The translations under genes and the position numbers were made by a program. Source: the human T2T-CHM13v2.0 reference genome, Homo sapiens. From it: a stretch of DNA of 64,000 nt. The stretch lies in NCBI RefSeq assembly GCF_009914755.1, contig NC_060944.1; one strand, 5' to 3'. The notes beneath the pieces were generated by a model. It did no database searches. It was not told where the DNA came from and saw only the letters and a program-made list of their open reading frames with translations. Shown in pieces: positions 13,685-28,239 of this stretch (its first letter is position 1; each line of letters opens with the position of its first letter).

Positions 13685-13966
13685 ATGGAGGCAGCTGCAT
13701 GTATGTCTGGACTTGGTGGGGGAAATCCGAAGCAGGGGAGAATGGAGACCAGGGCAAAGAGAAGCAGAAGCAGAGTCAAGTGATAGCAGGACAGAGGGGA
13801 GGGTGCACAGCTCTGTGTGAACTCCCGGATCCAACCATGCCTGAAGCTTGACCCACCTTGGACTCCAGTTATGTGAGCCAACCAGCCCCCACATCCTTTG
13901 TTTTATCTGAGTCCGTTTGAGTCGTGCTTCTGTCATCTGCAGTGGAAAGAGTCTTGGCTCAACACA
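13685..13966 (+). mobile_element. MLT1 (J/K-like) MaLR LTR, 3' part
   Basis: ggatccaaccatgcctgaagc..ggactccagttatgtgagccaa..ttctgtcatctgca..aagagtc. Confidence 0.75.
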
Positions 13967-14055
13967 GGAGGCATTTTCAGTATTTCAGGCGGATATAAAT
14001 GCCTTTCCTTTGCCTTGGGCTGGAATTGCATCACCCCAGGGTGGCAAGACAAGAG

Positions 14056-14266
14056 GTGGTAGCCAGCTGTAGAAAGAGTGGACCTTTGCCATTGGGCAGA
14101 CTCAGGAGCTGGTCCTGGCTTTGCCTCTGGCTGCCCGTGTGACCTTGGCGAAGGAGAACTGCTTCTCTGTCCCTCCATATCCTGGCACGGAGGGGTTGTG
14201 GGAGGACAGCATGAAGGGTGCGGGGGCAGCGGCTGGTGCGTGGCAGGTGCTTAATAAGTATCAGCT
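14056..14266 (+). mobile_element. MIR
   Basis: cctggctttgcc..gtgtgaccttggcgaag..gggttgtgggagga..gcaggtgcttaataagtatcagct. Confidence 0.7.
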
Positions 14267-14287
14267 TTTGGCCTCTCTCCCCCCTAC

Positions 14288-14620
14288 ACTGATTAAAAGC
14301 TCAGGTTGGCAGTTATTTATGTCTTTGATTAATTAAACAATTGGAAAACAAATTATTACTTAACAAAGGCAGTTTGGGCAACACAATCTTTGAAAACATG
14401 AGGCCTGGCGGGGAAAAGAACAAAAGTGGCACTCAGCAGTGAGGATGGAAACTGCCAGAGTAGAAAATCTTCAAGGTCCTTCTCATCTGGAAAATTCACC
14501 TTTTCTGGATGTGCAGAATATGGCTCCTTACAGATAAATGTTGACTTACGGTTTGAGTGGCTCATCACAGGTCACAGCGCCTTCAAATGGCAGCCAGGTC
14601 AGCACTCTGGTGTCACCTAC
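14288..14620. promoter_or_regulatory. Candidate enhancer with a compact TCF / homeodomain / SOX cluster
   Basis: CTTTGAT (14323-14329), TTAATTAA (14329-14336), AACAAT (14336-14341), AACAAAG (14362-14368). Confidence 0.45.
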
Positions 14621-15867
14621 ATGGACTTTATCCAAGGCAAAAGGTGGAGAGGGAGAAACTGGACCTGAGTCACAGCCATGTGGCCGGCCGCTGCCGTCAT
14701 TCAGGTGAAATCCACCTCTGTCGCTGTTCTCCACGGCCCCTCAACCCCCATGGCCAGCCCTCCCTAGTGGCTGAATTAAGCATCAACCACTGGGCAGTAA
14801 AGCTCATAGACCCGTGGAAGTGCCCTTGGCTCAATGAGGGTGGGGAGAGGAGGAGAGGGGGTGGGGGTGACCCTTGTGCTTGAGTTTCAAAACTGCCCAA
14901 GTTTTTCACCTCATTAAGTTATCATTTGCTTTGAGGAAAAGTTCCCTGGAGTCCAGGGGTTGTGTGATGAAGTCCCCTCCCTCCACCCCGTAACTTCCTG
15001 GCCATCTGTGTGGCTCACAACCCTGAGGCTTCCAACGAAGAGCAGTTCAGCCACCCCTCAAGTCTGCTTCACAGCTGGCATCACTTGAGCGCATCGCCTC
15101 ATTTTTTTGAAGGGATCACAGTAGTCTATGGCTTTTTCACCTCCAAACCTGCCCTCACTGGGTGCAGGAGAAATTCTGATTTGCCAGGAACCTGTCCAGT
15201 CATCTGGAACCTTCGCCAGGGCTGGGAAGGTCAACTCCTGCCACAGGTCATATTGATTTTATTGGATGGCTTTTTCCAAAGCAGTGGAACAGCAGCAGGG
15301 CACGGCAGGCAGGGAGGGTTTCCAGTTCTGCGTGTGGGCACACGGCCCACGCTGCCTTAAACGGCTCTCCTGCTCCTCGCTGGTACAGGGAGAGGGTATG
15401 GGGCTGGCCCACCTACAATCCCCTCCTAGATCAGGCCTTTGCTTGCATTATCAGAGCGGGACTGTCAACCTGGTTTCCTTAAATTGCTGTGTGAACTCAG
15501 TCCATGTGTCGCCACAAAGCAAGACACCCCATCCGCCCCACGGAATATATGAAGCGTCTGTGCAGTGACTGCTGTCGACTGCTTCCTGGGAGCTGGCAAG
15601 GAAGCCCCTGCTAGCCCCTGATAGGGAAGAGACAGCCCTGGAGGCCAGAGCAGATGTGCCTTGGGAAGAGTCAAAAGGGAAGAGGGAGGGGTGGGCTGGG
15701 TTGAACGCCTGCTGGACCTGGGCTGTATACTTTACCATCTTCCAAGGGAGGCATGATCCCATTGTACAGAGTAAGGCCCTGAGGCCAGGAAGGGCAAGGT
15801 GACCTGAGAGCTGGCACCAGAAGCCAGGCCTGGCTCCAGAGTCCTTGCCTGTAACAGAGAGAATGGA

Positions 15868-15955
15868 TGTTCTCTCACTTTGGTACACATCAAAATCAGA
15901 GTGCTTGTCAAAATGCTGTTTCCCAGGCCCCGACACCAGCTCCTGGGGGTCAGAC
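15868..15955. mobile_element. MER5A-like fragment
   Basis: ttctctcactttggtacacatcaaaatc..gcttgtcaaaatgc..cccaggcccc. Confidence 0.5.
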
Positions 15956-16619
15956 TTCTCTGGATAGCCAAGTCACAGATGTGTACTGTGTACTGGCAGG
16001 GGCCAAATGAGGACCCATGGCTACACTGCTGACTGAAGGTCTTCTCCAGTGATGGGCAAATGACTCCGGACCCATGAACACCAGGGGAGTGATCCAGGGG
16101 GAGAGAAGATGTCTCGGGCTCTCTGGTTGCAAATTCTAACCCCCATCATTTGTCTGACCCTTTCTCAATCCAAATGGTTTTGGAAATGCCAGCACACACT
16201 CTACTTCCTCGGAGGCACATCTGTGTTTCGTGGTGCAGCAAGGACAGCCTGGGTGCAGGCACAGAGGTCTGCAGTCACATGGGAGTTTGGAGGCTGCAAG
16301 TTGCTTGATGCTGGTGGATGATCAAGTATGAGACGTGTTGTGGAGGGGTAGATAAGACAGATCATGAAGGTCAAATATTGTATCTGTCCCCTCTGCCTTT
16401 TTTGTTCCCCGGAGTGGTGACAGGAAGTCTCATAAGGTTTTTAACTGGGGGATGAAATGGCCAGTCCTAGGTGTTTGAAGGCTCACCCTGGCTGCAGTAC
16501 AGAAAGACAAAGCTGGGCCAGGGCCACGATCAATTAGGAGACTTGTGTGGTCCAAGCAAAAGATACAGAGGCATTTGAGTTCAGATTAACCAGAATGAGG
16601 AGTCCTTATAGATCAATGA

Positions 16620-18870
16620 GAGCATTCACTAGAGAAACCAGAAGAGCCATACCTTAGCAGTGGGCCTAAATTATTCCTACAGTAAGTGCTACATTAGACC
16701 CACCCTAATCAAGATTATAAACAAGTCTCCAAAGAGTCAAACTGAACCACAAGTTTGATTTGTCTGAAAAAGTTTTTGCCCCCCAAAGTCTTTATTTTAT
16801 AATTATCTGCCTACCAAAGCAAAGCCCAACACTTTGGAAGGAAGACAACAAAATTTTAGACACTCAACATTGAAGTGTCTAAATGTTCTTAGAGCAGAAA
16901 GAAAATGATGCCAGATAGAAATTTAGATCTACAAAAGAAATGAAAGAATAACAATAACAAATATGCATGTAAATATGCTATTTTTAAATTTTAAATTAAT
17001 TTAAAATAGATCTGGCCATTTAAAACAGAAACAATAGCAATGTGTAGTGGGATGTGTAATGTAATTATCATAATGTTCAGCATCCAAACAAAAATTACTC
17101 AATATGTTAAGTTGAACAATGTGAGACAATCAGTCAAGAGAAACAGTCTCAGAAATGACAAGGATGATAGAATTAGCAAACAAGGACATTAAAACAACTA
17201 TTAAATGCGTATTCAATTATTCTTAAAACATGAACATAGTGAAGAGAGGAATTTAGGAGATAAAAAGCACCAAATGGAATTTCTAGAGATGAAAACTACA
17301 ATATCAGAAATGAAAAATATAATGGGATCAACAGCAGATTTGGAAATAGGGTGAAATGAGAAGTGAATGTTAAGACATAGCAATAGAAACGATCCAAAAT
17401 GAAACAGAAAAAACAAGACAAAAAAAATGAATAGACTTTCAGTGACCTGTGGGACAGTATCAAGCATGTGTAGTTTGAGTCTCAAGGTGAGAAGTAGGGG
17501 GAGAGGGCAGGAAAAGAAATGAGAAGAAATAATGATTGAATATTTTCCAAATTTGTTGAATGCTATAAATCCTAAGATCCAAGAGCCTCAACTAGCCACA
17601 AACAAGATTCACACACACACACCACGCCGCACAGCAACATATATCATATTTGAATTACTGAAAACCAGTGATGAAGAGAAAAATTTTTATATAGCCAGAG
17701 GGAAAATGTAAGCCAGGAGACAGTGGAATGACATTGTCAAAGTTCTGAAAGAAAAAAACTTGTCAACCTAGAATTCTATACCTGTCAAAGATATTTTTCA
17801 GGTGAGAGCCAAATAATGACTTTTTGACAAGAAAAAAAAAAAGGTGATAGAATCCATCAGAAGAAACCTGGCACCACAAGAAACATTAAAGGAAGTTCTT
17901 AGAGCAGAAAGAAAATGATGCCAGATAGAAATTTAGATCTACAAAAGAAAGGAAAGAATAACAAATAAGTACGTAAATATGCCTTTTCATTTTTAAATTA
18001 ATTTAAAACAGATTTGGCTGTTTAAAACATAAACAATAGCAATGTGTAGTGGGATGTATAATAAGTGAAAGGTATGACCACAGAGGAAGGAAGAATGAGA
18101 GGGCAAAATGGAAATCTATTATTTCCTACATTGTATGAAAGTGGCATAATATTATTTGAAGGAAGACTATGTAATTAAAAATGCAATTTTGTAAAAGTAA
18201 AATTAAACAAGAGGTCTAATTTATGAGTTGACAGTGGAAATGAAATGGAGTCATTAAAATGCTTTATACCATTAGCAAGAGGGTAGCTATAAATCCAACC
18301 ATATCAGTAACATTAAATACAAATACTCAGAACACTCCAATTATAAAAGACAGACATGATCAAATTGGATATAAAAACAAGACCCAACTATATGCTATCT
18401 TCAAGAAACCCACAGTAACTATGAAGATATAAATTCAATGATGGAAGAAGATATACTATGCAAACACTAATCAAAAGTAGGCCCAGAGTGGCTGTATTAA
18501 TCAAGGAGGATTAAAAACAAGAAATATTATCAGAGTTAAAAAGAGAAATTCTATAATGATGAAGGGGTCAATTCACAAGGAGACATAACATTCCTAAATG
18601 TATGCATATAAATAACAGAGATTCAAAATACTTGAAACAAAAACAACTGAACTGGAAGGAGAAATAGACAAATCTAACAATACAGTTGGAAATTTCAACA
18701 TCCCTGGATTGATAAATGTAGAAAGAAAATCAGTAAAGATGTAAAAGACCTGATCAATGTTATCAACCAACTTGGTTTAAGGAACATTTTAAGTGTCATT
18801 CCACCCAACAGCAGCAGAACACACTTCCTTTTAGAGCATATGTGGACTAGTCACCAAGATAGATCATAGC
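16620..18870 (+). mobile_element. Old L1M element: 5' region, degenerate ORF1, inter-ORF and start of ORF2 endonuclease
   Basis: A-rich; caaatggaatttctagagatgaaaactacaatatcagaaatgaaaa (ORF1 coiled coil), tgtcaacctagaattctatacc, caagacccaactatatgctatcttcaagaaacccac (endonuclease); no intact ORF. Confidence 0.9.
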
Positions 18871-18874
18871 TTAA

Positions 18875-19697
18875 AAATGGAAACAAAAACCCTGACATTA
18901 TCAAGTGCTGTGAGTACGCAGAGCCACTGGACCTCACCTACATTGTGGATGGGAAGGCTGAATGATGCAGCCACTTTGGGAAGTAGTTTGGTACTTTTTT
19001 TTTTTTCTTTTTGCAGCCATGACCTCCGGGGCTCATGGAATCCTTCCTCCTCAGCCCCCCAAGTACCTGAGACTACAGGCGTGCACCACTGCACCTGGCT
19101 AATTGTGTGTGTGTGTGTGTGTGTGTATTTTTTGTAGAGACAGGGTTTTGCCATGTTGCCCAGGCTGGTCCTGAACTCCTGGCCTCAAGCAATTCTCCTG
19201 CCTTGGCCTCCCAAAGTGCTGGGATTACAGGTATGAGCCATTATGCCTGGCCTGGCAGTTTCTTATAAAGTTAAATATACATCTACCATAACACCTAGCA
19301 TCCCACTTCTATGTACTTACCCAAAGGAAATGAAAACATATGTGCACAAAAACATATATGTGGATGTTTACAGTGGCTTTATTTATAATCGCAAAAAACT
19401 GGAAACAACCCAAATATCCATCAGCTGATGGATGGGTAAAGAAACCGTGCCACAGCCATATGATGGAATTCCTACTGGAACTACTCAATGTTAGAGAGGA
19501 ATGAAGGGCTGATACCCACAACTCAGATGAATATGAAAGGTATTATGATGAATGAATGAAGCTGGGCTTATAAGGCTACAAAATGTATGACTCCATTTAC
19601 ATGATATTTACATTCCAGAAAAGGTAAACACATAGGAGGTGGAGAAAGGGGACTGATTAAAAAGGGGCATGAAGGAACTTTTTGGAAAAAAAAAAAA
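18875..19697 (+). mobile_element. L1M (MD/ME-like) 3' end, split by an Alu
   Basis: gcagccactttgggaagtagtttgg|Alu|cagtttcttataaagttaaatatacatctacca..ctggaaacaacccaaatatccatca..A tail. Confidence 0.85.
18995..19252 (-). mobile_element. AluJ-type SINE with right-arm deletion and internal (GT)n
   Basis: Poly(T) joins directly to tgcagcc; (GT)n at 19104-19126 in the linker. Confidence 0.9.
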
Positions 19698-19699
19698 GG

Positions 19700-20490
<791 letters not shown>

Positions 20491-20697
20491 TGGTGTATGC
20501 GCCACTATGGAAGGCAGTTAGAGAACTGCTGGTCATAAACTCCATTGTACTTGTGGGTCTGCTGTGGCCACACTGGTCCCTTCAGGGTCTATGGCTGTGT
20601 TGGTCTTTCATGGTCTCGGGTTGCTATGTCTTTTTATGTGCTTGTGTCCAGTTTAGACAGTTTTTCTAGCTTGTCTGACAGCAGGCTGTCAGAATAA

Positions 20698-21370
<673 letters not shown>

Positions 21371-22478
21371 TGTAGCTGCCTTTCTTTAAAGGTGACTTTG
21401 ATCTGCTGTGCTTTCATCCCAGCAAGGACACTGACTGTCATTCTTACTGTTGTCTTACCTTCATTTCTTTATGCCTTTTGCCAGCATTACCTCATTTTGT
21501 CTGCTGGGGAGGGACTGTCACTCTCATTTACCACTGTTCGTCAGCTCTGGCACAGCGCTGGGATTCAAGTAGGTTTGACTCCAGTGTGTTCTTTGATCAC
21601 GGAGCTGACAGTATGAAGGGAATTCAGAAGTTGACGCCATGTTGCCCACAGACAGACACGAACAGAGGGAGGGTGGGGGAGAGAGCTGCGGGGGCAGGTA
21701 GGCTTCCCAGAGGAGGTGGAACAAGATCCCAACCTGGAGGTTCTGGCCAGTAGAGAAAAGCCACAAGCCCAGTGAGAAGTGCTCAAGGGGACCAGCCCAG
21801 TGGTGACCTGGGGGACAAGGGGAGAGCGCTAGCTGGAAGATGAATGTGGTGCTAGGTTATGCAGGGCCTTGAATGCCAGGGAAAGCATTGGGTTTGATCA
21901 TGTGAGTGGGCACTGGAAGGCACCATGCCCAGGTGCCCTGGCTAGGGAACTCATGCCAGTGATCTTGGGACGCAAGCAGCTCATGCAATGAAGGCTGTGC
22001 CGACTAGTGGCCATTCGCCGTGAGGTCTCAGCTACCTTCCTTTGCAGGAGGGGCAGGGTAGGGCTCCAAGCTCAGGCAGTGGACAAAGGATGGACTTTCC
22101 AGCTTTCCTGGTGCTGTCCAGGGGTGTTCTGCCTTTCCCAGGCGATAAGGGGTCCTCTGAAGCCCCGTGCTCTTTTCTGCCTCTCTGCTTACCTTTGAGG
22201 GGTCTCAGCCTTCCTCACTGGGATTAAGTGGCCACAGTTAGTATTAAGTTTAGACAGGTGACCCAAACTATGGGCAGATGTGCCTCACTGTCTCCCAGGT
22301 GCACCCCCTTCGTGGTGAGTTGGCGAGGCAATGTGAAATCACACACACCCAGTGAATCTTCGTCCCATGGCTGCAGCGGGAAGGCATAAAGCAGTGGCAG
22401 AACCCACGTATGCCTGAGCACATCATTGTCATCCATCCCTGGAGACGTCCTCCTTGTCCACTGCCTTTCCCTCCCGAG

Positions 22479-22624
22479 CAGGACCGGCTACAGAACTTGC
22501 AGGGCTTAGAGAAAAATAAAAATGCAAGGTTGCTCCCTCAAAAAATATTAAACCAAGTGTGGGCCCCTGCTCAGCATGGGGCCCTGTGTGGCTGCATAGC
22601 CACGTGCCCATGAAGCTGCCCCTG
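22479..22624 (-). mobile_element. MER45A (hAT-Tip100 MITE)
   Basis: caggaccggctaca..aaataaaaatgc..ttaaaccaagtgtgggccc..ggggccctgtg..cccatgaagctgcccctg. Confidence 0.8.
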
Positions 22625-23404
22625 TTCCTGTACCTGGCCTCATTCCATCCTGCAGGGGAGGCTGGATGGACCTCAGAGGGTACTGCCTCTAATTGTGGGG
22701 CCTCCATCTGCCTGTGGCTATTTGCGTTCTGGCAGCACTGAGCCCCCATGCACCTGGGCATGGGGCCTTTTAGCGCCTGGCTCATTTGGTCAAACCTGGC
22801 TGGGTCCTGGCTCGCCTTGCTGTTGACGGGTGAGGATGTGTATTCTCCATTCTCTGCCAATTTCTCTTCCTATTCGTCTATTCCTCACCCCCGAATTTAC
22901 AGTCTTAACACATTGTCTTTCCTCTAACTATGCCCTCCTCCAAAACAATAGATTTCGTCCAGATCAATACCAGCCCATGCCTCTGTTGAGCCTGTCAGTG
23001 GGTTTCAGGGCATCCTTTCATATCCCTAAGAGCTGATCAACATTTCTTCTTCAATGCGGAGCTCAACCTCTGGGCTGGTCGTGGCTGTGCGACTTCTCAG
23101 GAGGCCAGGCAATTAGCTAAGACACTGTTTCTTCTACGGCTTTGATGGCATCCACTTCCTTCCTGCCCCTCCAGGAGACTCCGTCTCCACCTCTCAGCCT
23201 GGGGACACCACGGGCCCTATGAACAGAGGCCCAGCCATCACCCAGAGAAGTGTGAGCCAACTGTATTTCCTCAGTGGCTCATTCATTCATTTGCTTCCTC
23301 TCATTGTCTCCAGTGTTGTGGGCTGGCCAGAGCACAGGTGCTGGGGTGCAGGGATGAAAGGCAGGAGAGGGTGGGGAAAGAAGCCTCAGAAGCCCCACAC
23401 CCTC

Positions 23405-23520
23405 CAGTTCAAATCCCAGCTCTGCCATTTACTAGATTTGTAACTTTGGGCACGTTTCTGAGCTTCTCCTGTCCTCGGTTTCCCAGCACCTGCCTCACGG
23501 GTTGTGGTGGGAATGAAGGG
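23405..23520 (+). mobile_element. MIR
   Basis: gttcaaatcccagctctgccatttactag..tgggca..cctcggtttcc. Confidence 0.8.
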
Positions 23521-23897
23521 GACAGGGAAGAGGGGCAGCTGCCCTCGAAGGGCTCGGTGCCTGTGACCTGTCGTGGTCCGTCGTGACTCACAGCCCCAGC
23601 CTAGACTTGAGCCTTAGGGCCGTCAGGAAGGCGAATGTCGGGTAGGGCAGTGGGTGGCATCCATGGCGGGGAAGGCCGGGAGCCTGGATACTGGGAGACA
23701 TCGTTCCTTGCTCTGCACTGTTCCCCTTGGACAGGGGCCTCCTTCCTCTCAGCCTCCAGGCTCGGACTCACCTGTGCCTCCTGCCCCCTGTAGCCACCCT
23801 GCGGCTCCCAGAGATCTCCCCCACCCCTCTCTAAAGAAGGGCCTCTTCTTACATGCCCTTCAGGTCCCCTGCACCTTTCTGCGCTGGCCCATACATT

Positions 23898-24063
23898 TAC
23901 ATTGAAAATATCTATGTGATTATTTGGTGAATGTCCTCCCTCACATCACTGGAAGCCCCATGAGGACAGGGACTATGTGTGCACCATCGTATCCTGGGTG
24001 TTCAGCATGAGGCCAGGTATCAAGGCCAGGCTTGAGAAATCTTTTTTGCATAAATAAATGAGT
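23898..24063 (+). mobile_element. L2 3' end
   Basis: ctggaagccccatgaggacagggactatgt..cataaataaatga. Confidence 0.7.
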
Positions 24064-27000
24064 TTCTGGCTGAGAGAAACAGGGAGAGAGAGAGAGACAG
24101 AGACAGACAAAAACAGAGAACTCCAAGGGGGCCTCATGCCTGGGGTATAGACATAGGGGAGTTGGCAGTGGGTCCAGATGTCTGGGGCCAAGAACCATCT
24201 GGCCCTGTGCCCATGGATAAGGATTCGGGTCTTTCTCCCGAGGGTCCTGGGATGCCTCTGAAGGGCATCTCGGGGCCGTGGGCCTGCATCCGATTTGCAT
24301 TTTAGGAAGATCAACCGGCAGCTGTATGGAGAGTGGATTTATAGCCTGGCTTCTTTGTTCAAATCCCCAGAGTCATTTTCTTCTTTTTTATAGGATTCTG
24401 CTTGTTAGGGACAGAGCCAGGAGCTGATTATTTCTTCCTAACTCACTTTGTGACCTTGGGCGAGTCCCACCGCTCAGCAGAAAGCAGGCGCCGGCCCCTG
24501 GCTGTTCCTCCCAGCTGCACAGCTGTGGTCTCCCAAGATACCCGTTCCTCCCCCAGAGAGCCCTCACCTGCCACCCTCCTGGCCACCGGCCATGGATGGG
24601 GGTCATCTCTGCACCGAGCTTGCCGCACTTGTGGGGTCTCCCTGCTGGTGCTGCTGCAGGAGGGGGTCGAGCTGGGGGTGTGCGGACACCTCCCTTTGCC
24701 AATGACTCCCACACAGTTGATGAGAAATCCATTGGGTCCTGCCTCGTTTTGTTCCCCGGGACTGCAGCTGTTGCTCCTTACTTAACTCCAGCATTCCCTC
24801 CTCATGCAGTCCCACCCTCTCCCACTCTACCCTCCTTGTGGGGGCTGAGACAGGATGGTGGCTGTCCAGAGCCACAGCCAGCCTGCCTCCTCCACACATG
24901 GGCGCCCACCCACCCCTCCGCACACCGGGGCCGTCGGGGGGCCCGCTTGGTGATGTTTTAAGTGAGGCCGACAGAAAAACCCCACTCCACTTTCCAGCAC
25001 TGCCAAAAACAGCTCTCCCGCTAGATTTATAAAGTTTGCCTAACTTTCCTTCTGCCACCCAGGAGAGGCCTTCCGTGCATTTGAAGAAAACACCTCCCCC
25101 AACCTTTTTTTTTTTTCTCTGAAAAACAGATGAAGGTTTTGGCTAGAAATCCAGAGGTCTGGGGGGCAGGCGTGTAAATTCAATGGCGGTTTATTGCCCT
25201 AAGGAAAACATACCTCGGTTATGAAGTATTCCCCCTTGAAATCTCACTTGACATTCTGTAAAGAAAGAGGAACGTTTTTAAGAAGTTGTTGGAGCCACCT
25301 AATACCTTCCCTACAAAGCAGAGCCTTTTTGAAAGATTAATATCGAGCTGCAGACAGTCAGTCACCATAATTGTACCGATCCCGGCGTGTTCCTCTGCCC
25401 ATGCCGTCGGGGTGCTGGGAGCCGCAGGAGAGCTCCATCCGGAGTGCCCGGGAGTTGGGGCCTCCAGCTTAGTTCCATGAAAGGCTGCCAGCCCCGGCCC
25501 TGGGTACCCAGTCCCAGACCCAGACCCACATAGGCCAGCACATTTCTGCTGATGATCTTTCTTAACTCTTTTTCCTAAGCCAAGGAAGGGGCAACGCTGC
25601 GTTTGGGGTTTGTAGGCATTTATTAATGGAATTAAGGACGATTTGCAAGAACCCTCTACTGCTCACACCACTTCCCTCGTGTCATTGCGTAAGAGGCTTT
25701 TCCTGGGCAGCTCTACCTACCTGGTTGTGTCCCTTTAACTGGAGAAAAAGGGAAGTTTGGGGGGGTTGGGGGCCCTCTGACTCGGAACAAAGTCTTCCTG
25801 CAGATGCTCCCTGTAGTGCCGTGGGCTGGTTAACGTGAAGTGTGTGCACGTGGGTCCTGGCCAGCACAGTGTGGGTGAAACTCCCTCCCTCCTCCAAGGT
25901 CATGTAGTCGCCTCGCAGATGTGGCTGGTATGGCAGTGGGTTTCAAGGCTGCCAAAGCTTAGAAGTGTCACCTCGGACAACCCCTGCGGGTGCCTCATAA
26001 CCGGAAGAATGGGGCAAGGTCGAGTTGCCATTTGGCTCCCTTTACCTTTTTGTCCGCGTGGTGGTCATGCTAAACAGGCCCTGAACTCCCACTTGGGCAC
26101 CCCTGGGACCTCAGCTTGCAGATCAGGGGCTGGCTATGGAGAAATGTGAGGTCCCCCCTCCCCTCATCTATGGGAGAAAAACAAACGCCTAAGCGAAATG
26201 ACTTTTTTTGAAAGCATCATTCCATACAGCATTAATTTTTTAGGATTTCTTCTGGGAGGGGAGATCAGATCAGAACCACAAATGATATGAAAACATCAAT
26301 GTCTTCATCTGGAGAGGAGCGGGTGGTGCAAAGGTCCGACCACCACGAGGTCAATCCTCTCCCGCCCAGCGTGGGCTCACCGACCTGCCATGGGGTGGAT
26401 GTTGATTAACTTCATCCAGGGTTTCCCCTTGGTGTCTGAGGGCAATTTCTGACCCGGATAAAGCTGGCTTTCACCACGTGACCTTTACAGAAAGGCAGTA
26501 CTGTGTCCCCTCTGGGGTCCCCGAAATAATAAATCACCAGAGGCCCAGTGAGAGATGAGGCCATGCGAGGAGGCAGACAAAGGACAGAAACGGACAATAA
26601 ATCTCACTTCTAGGGAGCAGTCATTTCTTTTTTCTTTGCAGTAATTTTTGTGAAATGTAATTGTGATCCAATAATACAAATACCAACATCTGGAATTCTG
26701 CAAGCGATATCTCTGCCTGTTCTGTTTGGAAATGGAGTACTTGGCAGGCATACTTTCTTTCCCATTCATGGACAGGGAGCAAAGCGTTCAGGGGAGGGCC
26801 AGAGGGGAGAGAGCACTGCCGTCTGCTGATCGTGGATGGAACCCTCATTTGAGAAGCTCCAAAGGTAGGGGTCATCAGTCAGACCCCAGCCCCCCTTCCC
26901 CACCCCCCACCAGCCACTGACAGTCCCAGGAGCCAGGCATTTACAACCCAAGCCCACAGAGATGTGGAAAGAACTCTCAGAACCAACGTGGTTTGAAAAG

Positions 27001-28239
27001 CACCAAGAAAGAAGGGAGACTTGGTCGAATAGCCGCACTTATCCTTTGCATTTCTGTCCTGGGCTAAAAATATGAATTCTAGATCATGAGATTGAAGATT
27101 TTTTCTTTTTTTTCTTCTCAAATTAAGGTCCAGGGGGAAGGAAGCTCAGCTCACCTATAGGCTGAAATGGTTGGGGTGTGCCCTGTCTCTGCGACTCTTA
27201 CCGCCCTCCTTGGAAATTCTTTTTTCTGTGGGTTTGGGGGCTTTAGTACCTTTAAACTTTCTAAACCTTTCTCAGGCCATCAGAGGAAAAAAATGCATTT
27301 CCCTACCCCAAATCCAAGCTCTGAAGAATCCACAGTTTGTCCATTTTCCTCATTCGATGAACAAAGAAACATTAAACTCAAAAAGACAAAAGCGGAATGT
27401 CTACAAAATACCTCAGAACAGTCTTCTTAATTTTGGGGGAAACGACTGGGTCATTTTCTTCCAGTGCTGTCAGAAAGCAAAGATCCTCTCCTGGGAGAAA
27501 GACTGCTTCAAAGTCCTCCAAGATGTGAGGAGTCCCTGTGGTTATTAATTTTTAACTTTTGGTAGTTTTTATTACCCAAGCTTGTACATACCTCAAAGGC
27601 TCTAAGATAAGAAAGACGGCTCAAAAGAGTTTTGCTACCACTTAAAAAAACAAAAAGAAACCCTACAGTTTTAGGATTCATGGCTGGGCCTCTGCTGTCA
27701 TGCACCCAGAGTCTGGAGTGAAGAGAAGTACCAGGTGTCCTAAGAATGCTACAGCGGCTGCCTTCAAACCAAAGACCTGCACAGTTTTAATGACCAGATG
27801 TTTATCTAGCCAGAATTCATTTTGATGTGTGCTTTACAAGCCACTGGTCAAGAAAGAAAAGTAGTTTAAGCCCAAAAACAATCACTAAGGTCAGAAATCC
27901 AACAGTTTGTAAATCTGTAGAATTTTATGCCTTGGGGATAACAAATCTTTATTTTTCTTTAGATAATGTAAGTTGGACAGAAGTCATAAAGAGGGAAGTC
28001 ACAAAAACTGTTTGGACTATGCCCCCGCAACGCAGAAAATCACAGTCGCCCATAGACCATAAGGAGGAATGCCGATGTTAGGGTCTCGCAAACCAAGGTA
28101 GCAGGGCCAGTACTGCTCGACTGGGTCAAACATTTTGTTCTTACTGACTTCCTAACCTTTTCCCACTTGACATCTTTATTGAGCACTCGTGAGGAGGCCC
28201 CAGCTGCCTCGGCTCCGAGCACATTCATCTCTGGGCGCT

